Assembly (NCBI RefSeq): GCF_988242995.1
Contig: NZ_OZ547043.1
Reading direction: 5' to 3' (one strand)
Length of the DNA: 64,000 nucleotides
The stretch's first letter is position 1, and every line of letters begins with the position of its first letter. The notes below the pieces were generated by a model. The model was not told the origin of the DNA and did no database searches. It was given only the letters and a program-made list of their open reading frames with translations. The position numbers and the translations under genes were made by a program. Of this stretch, positions 39,826 through 49,760 are shown one piece after another.

Positions 39826-40236
39826 ATGAAAACTTTTATCAAAACTTTACTCGTTGCTGTAACTATTCTGTTCTCTGTCTTCGCTACTGCGAAACAAGTA
39901 AAACTGCCAAATAACATCAAATACGTTAATACTACAGAAGCGTTTTCCTGTACCGAAATTGACGGTATGAATTGCCAGACAAAGAATCAGTTCAACTATA
40001 AAGATAACAGCTATGTTTTCGTGCTTGAACGTGGTGGTGCCTGGTGCTACGACTACACTGTCTCGGTAGTTAACCTGAAAACCGGGAAAGCACAAATGAT
40101 TGAATACGGGGACAATCAACTGTGCTCAGGTAGCAACAAACCGTTCTTCGAAATCAAAAATGGCGTACCGACGGTAGGAGTCATCGACACATCCGGAAAA
40201 CCTGTCGTTGTAGCCCAGGACAAACTTAAAATCTAA
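39826..40236 (+). CDS. secreted hypothetical protein (signal peptide, four Cys)
   Basis: 136 aa; strong RBS TAAGGAG; N-terminal MKTFIKTLLVAVTILFSVFATA signal peptide. Confidence 0.6.
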   Translation: MKTFIKTLLVAVTILFSVFATAKQVKLPNNIKYVNTTEAFSCTEIDGMNCQTKNQFNYKDNSYVFVLERGGAWCYDYTVSVVNLKTGKAQMIEYGDNQLCSGSNKPFFEIKNGVPTVGVIDTSGKPVVVAQDKLKI

Positions 40237-40379
40237 GGAGTAAACCATGCGTTTCTCTGCACATTATTAATATCAAAGGTAAATACAGCCCCAGCCATTG
40301 TTACCGGAAAGCCGCTTAATGCGTGGCTCGCCAGTGAAAGGCCTCTCAGACAATAAACCTTATTCATTTCACCCGTCAG

Positions 40380-40411
40380 GCCGCGTCTTCTCCGGGAGAC
40401 GCGGCTTTTTT
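40380..40411 (+). terminator. rho-independent terminator
   Basis: gccgcgtct ... agacgcggc hairpin followed by TTTTTT. Confidence 0.7.
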
Positions 40412-40456
40412 CATTTATTGCACCAGTAAATCTTAACCACCGATAAGGAGCAAAGT

Positions 40457-41278
40457 ATGCGATTAGCCAGTCGTTTTGGTTATGCTGCAAACCAGATACG
40501 CCGTGACCGTCCGCTGACACATGAAGAACTGATACGCCATGTACCCAGTATTTTTGGGGAAGACCGGCACACCTCCCGCAGTGAACGGTATGCGTACATT
40601 CCCACCATTACCGTCCTGGAAAATCTGCAGCGGGAAGGCTTTCAGCCGTTCTTCGCCTGCCAGACCCGTGTGCGCGACCCGGGCCGCCGGGGATACACAA
40701 AACACATGCTGCGTCTGCGGCGGGCCGGAGAGATAAACGGAGAACATGTCCCTGAAATTATTCTGCTCAACTCTCATGACGGTACCTCCAGCTACCAGAT
40801 GCTGCCGGGTTACTTCAGGTTCGTCTGCCAGAACGGGTGCGTCTGTGGCCAGTCTCTGGGGGAAGTGCGTGTTCCACACCGGGGAAATGTAGTGGAGAAA
40901 GTTATCGAAGGGGCTTACGAGGTGGTGGGCGTGTTTGACCGGATAGAGGAGAAGCGTGATGCCATGCAGTCGCTGGTCCTGCCGCCACCGGCACGCCAGG
41001 CGCTGGCACAGGCGGCACTGACTTACCGTTATGGTGACGAACATCAGCCCGTCACCACCGCCGACATTCTGACGCCGCGACGCCGGGAGGATTACGGTAA
41101 GGACCTGTGGAGCGCATATCAGACCATCCAGGAGAATATGCTGAAAGGCGGGATTTCCGGTCGCAGTGCAAAAGGAAAACGTATCCATACCCGGGCCATT
41201 CACAGCATTGATACCGACATTAAGCTCAATCGCGCATTGTGGGTGATGGCAGAAACGATGCTGGAGAGCCTGCGCTGA
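40457..41278 (+). CDS. DUF932-family prophage protein (YfjQ/YafZ-like)
   Basis: 273 aa; RBS AAGGAG; family typical of CP4-type islands downstream of the GTPase/cargo region (recognition from memory). Confidence 0.65.
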   Translation: MRLASRFGYAANQIRRDRPLTHEELIRHVPSIFGEDRHTSRSERYAYIPTITVLENLQREGFQPFFACQTRVRDPGRRGYTKHMLRLRRAGEINGEHVPEIILLNSHDGTSSYQMLPGYFRFVCQNGCVCGQSLGEVRVPHRGNVVEKVIEGAYEVVGVFDRIEEKRDAMQSLVLPPPARQALAQAALTYRYGDEHQPVTTADILTPRRREDYGKDLWSAYQTIQENMLKGGISGRSAKGKRIHTRAIHSIDTDIKLNRALWVMAETMLESLR

Positions 41279-41359
41279 TGCCGTTTCCCTGGGTGAGGGA
41301 ATCATTCAGCTTTCGTTCCTGAAAAACACACATTTATTTGTTATTTAAGGAGTTATCTC

Positions 41360-41839
41360 ATGAAAACCGTTTCTCAGAATACCCCCACAATTTATTCAGC
41401 TACAACACCAGAGAATAATCCGCCTCAGTTGGTTGCCAGCCTCGTCCCTGATGAACAGCGCATCAGCTTCTGGCCGCAGCATTTTGGCCTCATTCCACAG
41501 TGGGTGACCCTGGAGCCCCGTGTCTTCGGCTGGATGGACCGTCTGTGCGAAGACTACTGCGGTGGTATCTGGAATCTGTACACCCTGAACAACGGCGGGG
41601 CATTTATGGCACCCGAACCGGATGACGATGATGACGAAACATGGGTACTGTTCAATGCCATGAACGGTAACCGCGCAGAAATGAGCCCGGAAGCCGCCGG
41701 TATTGCCGCCTGTCTGATGACGTACAGTCATCATGCCTGTCGTACGGAGAATTATGCCATGACGGTCCATTATTACCGGTTGCGGGATTACGCCCTGCAG
41801 CATCCGGAATGCAGCGCCATTATGCGCATCATCGACTGA
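41360..41839 (+). CDS. antirestriction protein (KlcA/ArdB-like, YfjX/YeeR-position)
   Basis: 159 aa with acidic stretch PEPDDDDDETW; RBS AAGGAG. Confidence 0.7.
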   Translation: MKTVSQNTPTIYSATTPENNPPQLVASLVPDEQRISFWPQHFGLIPQWVTLEPRVFGWMDRLCEDYCGGIWNLYTLNNGGAFMAPEPDDDDDETWVLFNAMNGNRAEMSPEAAGIAACLMTYSHHACRTENYAMTVHYYRLRDYALQHPECSAIMRIID

Positions 41840-41854
41840 ATGGAGAGAAGCACA

Positions 41855-42331
41855 ATGCAACAACTTTCCTTTCTGCCCGGAGAGATGACGCCCGGCGAGC
41901 GCAGCCTCATTCAGCGGGCCCTGAAAACCCTGGACCGCCATCTTCATGAACCCGGCGTGGCCTTCACCTCCACCCGTGCAGCACGGGAATGGCTGATTCT
42001 GAACATGGCGGGACTGGAGCGTGAAGAATTCCGGGTGCTGTATCTGAACAACCAGAATCAGCTGATTGCCGGTGAAACCCTCTTCACCGGCACCATCAAC
42101 CGCACGGAAGTCCATCCCCGGGAAGTGATTAAACGCGCCCTGTACCACAATGCCGCTGCCGTGGTACTGGCACACAATCACCCGTCCGGTGAAGTCACAC
42201 CCAGTAAGGCAGACCGGCTTATCACCGAACGTCTGGTACAGGCACTGGGCCTGGTGGATATCCGGGTGCCGGACCATCTGATAGTCGGTGGCAACCAGGT
42301 TTTCTCCTTTGCCGAACATGGTCTGCTTTAA
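41855..42331 (+). CDS. yeeS: RadC-like JAB-domain protein
   Basis: Start at MQQLSFL with GGAGAG RBS; JAMM motif HNHPSGEVTPSKAD. Confidence 0.8.
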   Translation: MQQLSFLPGEMTPGERSLIQRALKTLDRHLHEPGVAFTSTRAAREWLILNMAGLEREEFRVLYLNNQNQLIAGETLFTGTINRTEVHPREVIKRALYHNAAAVVLAHNHPSGEVTPSKADRLITERLVQALGLVDIRVPDHLIVGGNQVFSFAEHGLL

Positions 42332-42393
42332 CCCTTCACAACCACATCACACCTGTTTTCACTTTTATCTTCTGTCTTCAGAGGTATCCCATT

Positions 42394-42615
42394 ATGAAAA
42401 TTATCACCCGTGGTGAAGCCATGCGTATTCACCAACAACATCCGACATCCCGTCTTTTTCCGTTCTGTACCGGTAAATACCGCTGGCACGGCAGTGCTGA
42501 AGCGTATACCGGTCGTGAAGTGCAGGATATTCCCGGTGTGCTGGCCGTGTTTGCTGAACGCCGTAAGGACAGTTTTGGTCCGTATGTCCGGCTGATGAGC
42601 GTCACCCTGAACTGA
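42394..42615 (+). CDS. yeeT: DUF987 protein YeeT
   Basis: 73 aa MKIITRGEAMRIHQQHPTSRLFPFCTGKYRWHG... Confidence 0.75.
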   Translation: MKIITRGEAMRIHQQHPTSRLFPFCTGKYRWHGSAEAYTGREVQDIPGVLAVFAERRKDSFGPYVRLMSVTLN

Positions 42616-42688
42616 GTGGGAATTCTGATGAGCAGAATTATCGCCACTACCGGACCATTCTTAGCCGATTTTCTGTAAGGATTTTATC

Positions 42689-43057
42689 GTGTCAGACACA
42701 CTCCCCGGGACAACACTTCCCGACGACAATCACGACCGCCCCTGGTGGGGGCTGCCCTGCACCGTGACGCCCTGTTTCGGGGCACGTCTGGTGCAGGAGG
42801 GTAACCGGTTGCATTACCTTGCCGACCGCGCCGGTATCAGAGGCCTGTTCAGCGATGCAGATGCGTACCACCTGGACCAGGCCTTTCCGCTGCTGATGAA
42901 ACAACTGGAACTCATGCTCACCAGCGGTGAACTGAATCCCCGCCATCAGCATACCGTCACGCTGTATGCAAAAGGGCTGACCTGCAAAGCCGATACCCTC
43001 AGCAGTTGTGGTTACGTTTATCTGGCTGTTTATCCGACGCCCGAAATGAAAAATTAA
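42689..43057 (+). CDS. cbeA: type IV toxin-antitoxin antitoxin CbeA (YeeU)
   Basis: 122 aa, intact. Confidence 0.8.
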   Translation: MSDTLPGTTLPDDNHDRPWWGLPCTVTPCFGARLVQEGNRLHYLADRAGIRGLFSDADAYHLDQAFPLLMKQLELMLTSGELNPRHQHTVTLYAKGLTCKADTLSSCGYVYLAVYPTPEMKN

Positions 43058-43145
43058 CTCTCCAGAATAGCCTTCTGCTACGGCCTGGTGTTTTCACCAC
43101 GCCACTTTTCCATTTTTATATCTGCATATCAGGAAAATCTTCAGT

Positions 43146-43519
43146 ATGAAAACATTACCTGTATTACCCGGGCAGGCGGCCAGTTCTCGCCCGTCTCCTG
43201 TTGAAATCTGGCAGATACTGCTGTCCCGACTGCTGGACCAGCACTATGGCCTCACACTGAATGACACACCTTTTGCCGATGAACGTGTGATTGAGCAGCA
43301 TATTGAGGCAGGCATTTCACTGTGTGATGCGGTGAACTTTCTCGTGGAAAAATACGCGCTGATGCTACCGACCAGCCGGGATTCAGCGCCTGTACCCGCT
43401 CTCAGTTAATAAACAGCATCGATATCCTCCGGGCTCGCAGGGCGACCGGCCTGATGACCCGCGACAATTACAGAACGGTAAATAACATTACCCTGGGTAA
43501 GTATCCGGAGGCGAAATGA
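43146..43519 (+). pseudogene. cbtA: CbtA (YeeV) toxin gene with frameshift
   Basis: N-terminal 73 aa typical of CbtA, then frame shifts ([19 protein letters not shown] stop); the expected C-terminus NSIDILRARRATGLMTRDNYRTVNNITLGKYPEAK is encoded in another frame ending at 43519. Confidence 0.7.
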
Positions 43520-43710
43520 TGACACTGGAAGCCGACAGCGTTAACGTACAGGCGCTGGATATGGGGCACATTGTCGTTGACATTGATGGTGTTAATATCA
43601 CTGAACTGATTAATAAGGCCGCTGAAAACGGTTATTCACTCCGCGTGGTGGATGACCGTGACTCTACCGAAACACCGGCAACTTATGCCAGCCCTCACCA
43701 GTTGCTGTAA
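43516..43710 (+). CDS. yeeW: YeeW-like small protein
   Basis: 64 aa; start overlaps cbtA stop (ATGA). Confidence 0.6.
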   Translation: MMTLEADSVNVQALDMGHIVVDIDGVNITELINKAAENGYSLRVVDDRDSTETPATYASPHQLL

Positions 43711-43865
43711 GACAATGCAGTGATGCAGGGTATAGTGCCATTAACCACAGAAACAGCACTGTTGTCCTGTATTAAGCAGGCAAGAGAAGATGTCCTTACC
43801 CTGCGCCATCTGCAGCTTCTGCACCAGAACCGGTGAATCTCACTCAACAGGCTTCATTTCCCCTG

Positions 43866-43895
43866 ACGCCAGCCTGAATACAGCTGGCGTTTTCA
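43866..43895 (+). terminator. rho-independent terminator
   Basis: acgccagc ctgaataca gctggcgt hairpin followed by tttcattt. Confidence 0.55.
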
Positions 43896-44094
43896 TTTAT
43901 AAACAGAAAGGAAAACCGATAATAATGGAATGGACGCCCCGACCATGAAGCAACGGTAGGATATTACTGATAAACCTTCCAGTGGAGGTGCGTTATGGCC
44001 GTTTTAACGATTAGCATTGACCTGACAAAAAATGAATTCCAAATCCACGGTCTGGGTAGGAACAGAAAAATCTAAGCTCAGAAAACGGATTAAA

Positions 44095-44253
44095 GTAAGC
44101 GTCAACGGAGCACCGTATTGACGCTTATTTATTGGTGAGAACTACGTTCCATGGCAGGAGTTCGTCAACACGGTTGGAGGGCCATTCCGGCAGTATGCTC
44201 AGAATATGGCGCAGATACGCTTCCGGATCGATACCGTTCAGACGGCAGGTGCC
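44095..44253 (-). mobile_element. truncated IS66-family 3' end fragment (near-identical to end of IS66 copy 1)
   Basis: 159 bp matching 23259..23417 with a few mismatches; ends abruptly at 44253. Confidence 0.7.
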
Positions 44254-44507
44254 TGCTTTTCCGGCAACAAGCAGGAATCTCAGTGCTGAAGCAGGAATTA
44301 GAGGTAAAAACGCCCTACCGGGCCATGAATCACCCGGTCATTGGAGTAGTAACCAAAGCAGATTTAGCCAGCATGGAACAAATATCTTTGGTGAAAAGTT
44401 GGTTACGGGAAGCTGGAGCGCACAACGTGTTAGTAACCAGTGCAGTTAATAACAATGGAGTTACAGAACTTTTTGCCTTGCTGCATACAGAAGAAGGCTG
44501 TTGTTAA
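44254..44507 (+). pseudogene. C-terminal fragment of a EutP/PduV-like GTPase gene (yoeF-like remnant)
   Basis: Encodes ...NHPVIGVVTKADLASMEQISLVKSWLREAGAHNVLVTSAVNNNGVTELFALLHTEEGCC; 5' part replaced by the IS66 fragment. Confidence 0.4.
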
Positions 44508-44565
44508 TTTCGATTGGTTCTCAGATGAGAATGATGACGGTGATACACAGATAAGAATCAATGAG

Positions 44566-44594
44566 CAATGAGGGTTGCCGGGCAACCCTCATTG
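44566..44594. terminator. bidirectional hairpin terminator (yoeF remnant / yeeX)
   Basis: Perfect inverted repeat caatgagggttgcc g ggcaaccctcattg. Confidence 0.6.
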
Positions 44595-44607
44595 AATAAA
44601 ACGGGAA

Positions 44608-44937
44608 TTACTTCGCTTCGCCGTTTTTCATTTCGCCCATAGCTTTCAGCTTTTTGGAGATATCGCGGCGTTCTTTGGAGAGCTCGGCATTTTTGATGAT
44701 GTAATCGTCAACGCGATCTTCATAGTCACCTTTCATGCTGGCGATGATGCCCTGGATTGCTTCAACGCTCATCCCAGGCTTGATGTAATCGCTCAGGTTG
44801 TCCAGCAGCAGGACGCGCTTCTGGTTGTCACGGATCTTTTTCTCAACGTCCTGAATTTCACGTTGCAGTTTGTTCTTACGACGGAACAGACGAACAAATT
44901 CCAGTACGTCCTGGAATGAAGGCTTGGTAGTTTCCAT
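44608..44937 (-). CDS. yeeX: DUF496 protein YeeX
   Basis: Start at [30 protein letters not shown] (109 aa) within ORF 44608..45003. Confidence 0.85.
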   Translation of the reverse strand: METTKPSFQDVLEFVRLFRRKNKLQREIQDVEKKIRDNQKRVLLLDNLSDYIKPGMSVEAIQGIIASMKGDYEDRVDDYIIKNAELSKERRDISKKLKAMGEMKNGEAK

Positions 44938-45108
44938 TTTTATACCCCTGATAATGTGAGAGTCGGATTCGTTTAAGCAACCGCTATTCGTTAGGGCCAA
45001 CATTACTCATAGCTGCCGCAGATGACAATGCTTTTATCCCTTTTCACTATCATACCCTTTATCCTTGCTGAATCGAAGCAGCAGCAAGATGATTCTGAAG
45101 TTCAGGAA

Positions 45109-46167
45109 TTATTTGCGCAAGGCCCGGCAAATCAGATTCGATAGCAACTCAAGCTGATGTGCCGTTTCCATGTTCAGCCACACATAACCATAGATTGGTG
45201 TTTCCACAACCTTCAGGTCATGGTGGTTATTGAGCAACTGACGCAGCTCTTCCACAGCATCGTTCAATTTTTCCGTATTGGCAAAAACCGGCTGCGGATT
45301 ACCTTCGTACAACGCATGAACAAGGCTCAGCAGTATTTGCTGCATCATGTGCTGGGTATCACGAAGTTTTTGCGCGTTCAATAACACGAAATGGCTGGGG
45401 CGCGTGGCCCAGTACGCATTGATTTGCAACTCCAGCATACAAACCAGATTGCGGTTAATGGTCTGGATACCTTCATATATCGATTTTGGAATACGGGTTT
45501 CTTTGCTGGCGGGCGCAATCAGCCCACGCATTTTCACGGCATCGGTCAGGAGTTTTTGTAGATGGCTTTCCAGACGTGGGCGTTCGAGTAAGTTCGGTGA
45601 GAATGCAGATTGATAGACCCGATTATACTCGGTCAGACTTTTCGCCAGTTGAATGCGCCAGTGGATGAACGCCCGTTGTGGCCAGATACCGGTAAACAAC
45701 ATTGCCAGTAAAGAGCCGAGGATCACATCGCCGCTTCGCCATAACGCCGTATCAATTTCACCTGTCGGGGAACCAACAACAATTGCCAGCGTCACCCCAA
45801 TCAATAATCCTTGATACGGTTTCTTGCCCAGCGCCAGCCAACCGCAAAGAAACATAGCCGCCGCGCACCAGACTAACATCAGCGGTAACGAGATTAACTC
45901 CAGTTGCAGAGCGATAAGACCTAATATCGAACCCAACACCGTACCGCCAATACGTTCGAAGGCGCGAGGGACAACGTTACCCCAGAACGAGATTGGCCCC
46001 ATAATCACCACCATGGTGACCAGCGGCCAGGTACTTTCCGGGATAGTAAACAGGCGGATAATGAGAAAAGTGAGCAGGAATGCCAGCGCGACCCGAGTAC
46101 CATGCACAATGCGGTAATGGCGGTATACCCGGATTTCAAACGGGCTTAATGACTTATCGGCACGCAC
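45109..46167 (-). CDS. yeeA: inner membrane protein YeeA (FUSC-like)
   Basis: 352 aa, multi-pass membrane N-terminus. Confidence 0.85.
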   Translation of the reverse strand: MRADKSLSPFEIRVYRHYRIVHGTRVALAFLLTFLIIRLFTIPESTWPLVTMVVIMGPISFWGNVVPRAFERIGGTVLGSILGLIALQLELISLPLMLVWCAAAMFLCGWLALGKKPYQGLLIGVTLAIVVGSPTGEIDTALWRSGDVILGSLLAMLFTGIWPQRAFIHWRIQLAKSLTEYNRVYQSAFSPNLLERPRLESHLQKLLTDAVKMRGLIAPASKETRIPKSIYEGIQTINRNLVCMLELQINAYWATRPSHFVLLNAQKLRDTQHMMQQILLSLVHALYEGNPQPVFANTEKLNDAVEELRQLLNNHHDLKVVETPIYGYVWLNMETAHQLELLSNLICRALRK

Positions 46168-46365
46168 GCAGAAACTCCGTAATGAAGATTAAAAGCGCTC
46201 ATAACTCATCTGTCGGCCAGAAGGCGCGCCTCTGAATTATCCGACGGACAAACCGGGAACAGTGTAATTTCCCGGCAGGAGCGAAAAATTTGAAAGGCGC
46301 ATCTTACTCTTTTCGCTTTCAAAAAAAAGAGTGGTCATCGCGTTAACACACCGCCCTGAGATGAA

Positions 46366-46839
46366 TTAGTGATGTTTTGGCTGCACCGCAACATACATTT
46401 CGATATCCCAGTACCCATCTTCCGCGCCATTGTTCAAATAAACCTCGAAGCAGGGCTTTGGTAACATTTCATAAGCACTGTCCTGCAAGAGGCTATTAAA
46501 GAACTGATACCAGGGTTTAGCAAAATCATCACCGACTACACGAGCCACCGCAACCGCATACTGACCACCTGAAATTTCTGTCAGAATGACGCCCTCACTG
46601 TTTTCGGGGAGCGTAAAGTTATTCGGTACCGTCACGACGGTGTCGCAGCGTAATTTTTCGGCGGGTGTTTCATCTGGATTGTCGTAATAGACAGCAACCC
46701 ACTCCTTCGGCACAATATTTTGGCTATCTACCCACATCATCAACTGCTCAAAACCTTTCTTTACCGTCTGTTCCCACGGGCCAACGAGATGGAAACCTGC
46801 AACGGTACGTTTATCTTCCTGCTTAATCTCGTAGTTCAT
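46366..46839 (-). CDS. sbmC: DNA gyrase inhibitor SbmC (GyrI)
   Basis: 157 aa [26 protein letters not shown]... Confidence 0.9.
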   Translation of the reverse strand: MNYEIKQEDKRTVAGFHLVGPWEQTVKKGFEQLMMWVDSQNIVPKEWVAVYYDNPDETPAEKLRCDTVVTVPNNFTLPENSEGVILTEISGGQYAVAVARVVGDDFAKPWYQFFNSLLQDSAYEMLPKPCFEVYLNNGAEDGYWDIEMYVAVQPKHH

Positions 46840-46852
46840 GACGCCTCCATTA

Positions 46853-46872
46853 ATACTGTTTTTATATACAGT
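46853..46872 (-). promoter_or_regulatory. LexA (SOS) box upstream of sbmC
   Basis: tactgtttttatatacagta, matching CTGT-N8-ACAG consensus, 14 nt upstream of sbmC start codon. Confidence 0.6.
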
Positions 46873-46957
46873 ATAGTTGCAATATTAAAACCACAAGGAA
46901 TGAGTGTTGATTATGCGAGCAGACTCGCACTCCTGCCAGTCTGCTGCAAAAGAAAGG

Positions 46958-48130
46958 TCAGGCCTTATGGTGGAAATAATCACTCAGGCGAGAAAACATG
47001 CTGCCTTCCCCGACAGATTCCAGGGTAACCAGCGGCCAGTGCGCCACCTGTTTATCACGGTCGTAAAGTTCAATTTCCCCTACCCGCTGATGGGCGCTAA
47101 TTGGCGCGGTGAGTTCTTTACCATCAAGGGTATATTTGGCTTTGATATGTGGAATTTCGGCTTTCGGTAGCACCATCCAGAACTCTTGTTCCGTTCCCAG
47201 GGCGATATTTTCTTTATCGCCATACCAGATGCGTTCCGTACCGACCTTTTTCCCACGGTGCAAAATTTGCACCGTAGTAAAGTTTTGTTGCCCCCAACGC
47301 AGTAATTTTCTTGCCTCTTCCTCACGACCTTTTGCGCTGTCAGCACCCATTACCACTGCAATGAGACGACGCTGCCCATCTACAGCCGAAGCAATGAGAT
47401 TAAACCCGGCACCAGAAGTATGACCCGTTTTCAGGCCGTCAACATTCATGGTTTTATCCCACAATAACCCGTTACGGTTTTGCTGGGTGATACCGTTCCA
47501 GGTGAGGCTTTTCTCACTGTACATATGATAAAACTCGGGCTCGCCGTGGATGATAGCACGAGAAAGCACAGCTAAATCATAAGCCGAGCTATGCTGACCT
47601 GGCGCATCCAGGCCATGCACTGTTTCAAAATGCGTATCCTTGAGATGCAGCTTCTCGGCATAGTTGTTCATCATTTCAACAAACTGCCGTTGCCCACCGG
47701 CAATATAGTCAGCCAGAGCAACACAAGCGTCATTTCCGGAATCAACAATTAAACCACGGCTTAAATCACGTACCGATACGCGATCGCCCTCTTTCAAAAA
47801 CATCAGTGAAGAACCGACAAACACCGGATTATCTTTCGCCCACGCATCGCGCCCCACGGTGACAATATCGTCTGGCGTAATGCGATGACTATCGATAGCG
47901 CGATCCACGACATAGCCCGTCATCAGCTTTGTCAGGCTGGCGGGATTGCGCTGTTGATGCTCATTACCCGCGGTGAGAATCTGACCGGTGGTGTAATCCA
48001 TCAGTACCCAGGACCCGGCTTGAATCTGTGGAGGCTGAGGTGAAAAAGGAATGTTTTCCGCCGCAAAACCAGACGATAAGTTAAAAACGAACAAAGAAGC
48101 AGCAATAATAAGACGGCGTTTCAACAGCAA
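46958..48130 (-). CDS. dacD: D-alanyl-D-alanine carboxypeptidase (PBP6b)
   Basis: About 390 aa; signal peptide, SxxK (SLTKLM), SGN (SGND) and KTG (KTGHT) motifs. Confidence 0.9.
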   Translation of the reverse strand: MLLKRRLIIAASLFVFNLSSGFAAENIPFSPQPPQIQAGSWVLMDYTTGQILTAGNEHQQRNPASLTKLMTGYVVDRAIDSHRITPDDIVTVGRDAWAKDNPVFVGSSLMFLKEGDRVSVRDLSRGLIVDSGNDACVALADYIAGGQRQFVEMMNNYAEKLHLKDTHFETVHGLDAPGQHSSAYDLAVLSRAIIHGEPEFYHMYSEKSLTWNGITQQNRNGLLWDKTMNVDGLKTGHTSGAGFNLIASAVDGQRRLIAVVMGADSAKGREEEARKLLRWGQQNFTTVQILHRGKKVGTERIWYGDKENIALGTEQEFWMVLPKAEIPHIKAKYTLDGKELTAPISAHQRVGEIELYDRDKQVAHWPLVTLESVGEGSMFSRLSDYFHHKA

Positions 48131-48332
48131 ACCCTCAGGAGTTTCAAATAGCTGTTCTTTTTACGGAAATACTTATGAACTGGCTGGAATAAAGTGCAAG
48201 AAAATGTGACTACTCTCTCATTTTTATCTGACATGATCTGTTGCCACTCGCTGTCAAATTGTCGCGCTAAAGCTGATTAGCACGGTGATATTTGATACTC
48301 TGGCAGACAGCAGAAATAACGGATTTAACCTA

Positions 48333-49760
48333 ATGATGAATGACGGTAAGCAACAATCTACCTTTTTGTTTCACGATTACGAAACCTTTGGCACGCACCC
48401 CGCGTTAGATCGCCCTGCACAGTTCGCAGCCATTCGCACCGATAGCGAATTCAATGTCATCGGCGAACCCGAAGTCTTTTACTGCAAGCCCGCGGATGAC
48501 TATTTACCCCAGCCTGGAGCAGTATTAATTACCGGTATTACCCCGCAGGAAGCACGGGCGAAAGGAGAAAACGAAGCCGCGTTTGCCGCCCGTATTCACT
48601 CGCTTTTTACCGTACCGAAGACCTGTATTCTGGGCTACAACAATGTGCGTTTCGACGACGAAGTCACACGCAACGTTTTTTATCGTAATTTCTACGATCC
48701 TTACGCCTGGAGCTGGCAGCATGATAACTCGCGCTGGGATTTACTGGATGTTATGCGTGCCTGTTATGCCCTGCGCCCGGAAGGAATACACTGGCCTGAA
48801 AATGATGACGGTCTACCGAGCTTTCGCCTTGAGCATTTAACCAAAGCGAATGGTATTGAACATAGCAACGCCCACGATGCGATGGCTGATGTGTACGCCA
48901 CTATTGCGATGGCAAAGCTGGTAAAAACGCGTCAGCCACGCCTGTTTGATTATCTCTTTACCCATCGTAATAAACACAAACTGATGGCGTTGATCGATGT
49001 TCCGCAGATGAAACCCCTGGTGCACGTTTCCGGAATGTTTGGAGCATGGCGCGGCAATACCAGCTGGGTGGCACCGCTGGCGTGGCATCCTGAAAATCGC
49101 AATGCCGTAATTATGGTGGATTTGGCAGGAGACATTTCGCCATTACTGGAACTGGATAGCGACACATTGCGCGAGCGTTTATATACCGCAAAAACCGATC
49201 TTGGCGATAACGCCGCCGTTCCGGTTAAGCTGGTGCATATCAATAAATGTCCGGTGCTGGCCCAGGCGAATACGCTACGCCCGGAAGATGCCGACCGACT
49301 GGGAATTAATCGTCAGCATTGCCTCGATAACCTGAAAATTCTGCGTGAAAATCCGCAAGTGCGCGAAAAAGTGGTGGCGATATTCGCGGAAGCCGAACCG
49401 TTTACGCCTTCAGATAACGTGGATGCACAGCTTTATAACGGCTTTTTCAGTGACGCCGATCGTGCAGCAATGAAAATTGTGCTGGAAACCGAGCCGCGTA
49501 ATTTACCGGCACTGGATATCACTTTTGTCGATAAACGGATTGAAAAGCTGTTGTTCAATTATCGGGCGCGCAACTTCCCGGGGACGCTGGATTATGCCGA
49601 GCAGCAACGCTGGCTGGAGCACCGCCGCCAGGTCTTCACGCCAGAGTTTTTACAGGGTTATGCAGATGAATTGCAGATGCTGGCACAACAATATGCCGAT
49701 GACAAAGAGAAAGTGGCGCTGTTAAAAGCGCTTTGGCAGTACGCGGAAGAGATCGTCTAA
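48333..49760 (+). CDS. sbcB: exodeoxyribonuclease I
   Basis: Start at MMNDGKQQSTFLFHDYETFGTHPALDRPAQFAAIRTD (475 aa) within ORF 48285..49760. Confidence 0.9.
   Translation: MMNDGKQQSTFLFHDYETFGTHPALDRPAQFAAIRTDSEFNVIGEPEVFYCKPADDYLPQPGAVLITGITPQEARAKGENEAAFAARIHSLFTVPKTCILGYNNVRFDDEVTRNVFYRNFYDPYAWSWQHDNSRWDLLDVMRACYALRPEGIHWPENDDGLPSFRLEHLTKANGIEHSNAHDAMADVYATIAMAKLVKTRQPRLFDYLFTHRNKHKLMALIDVPQMKPLVHVSGMFGAWRGNTSWVAPLAWHPENRNAVIMVDLAGDISPLLELDSDTLRERLYTAKTDLGDNAAVPVKLVHINKCPVLAQANTLRPEDADRLGINRQHCLDNLKILRENPQVREKVVAIFAEAEPFTPSDNVDAQLYNGFFSDADRAAMKIVLETEPRNLPALDITFVDKRIEKLLFNYRARNFPGTLDYAEQQRWLEHRRQVFTPEFLQGYADELQMLAQQYADDKEKVALLKALWQYAEEIV

Noticed and set aside
43996-44070. Small ORF MAVLTISIDLTKNEFQIHGLGRNRKI as a gene
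   Set aside because: Very short, no RBS, lies between a terminator and the IS66 fragment; possibly a remnant (yoeD-like) but unsupported.
11010-44600. Integrase or attachment site for the accessory island
   Set aside because: No ORF with tyrosine- or serine-recombinase features found; island is not adjacent to the tRNA-Asn genes, so no integrase or att call is made.
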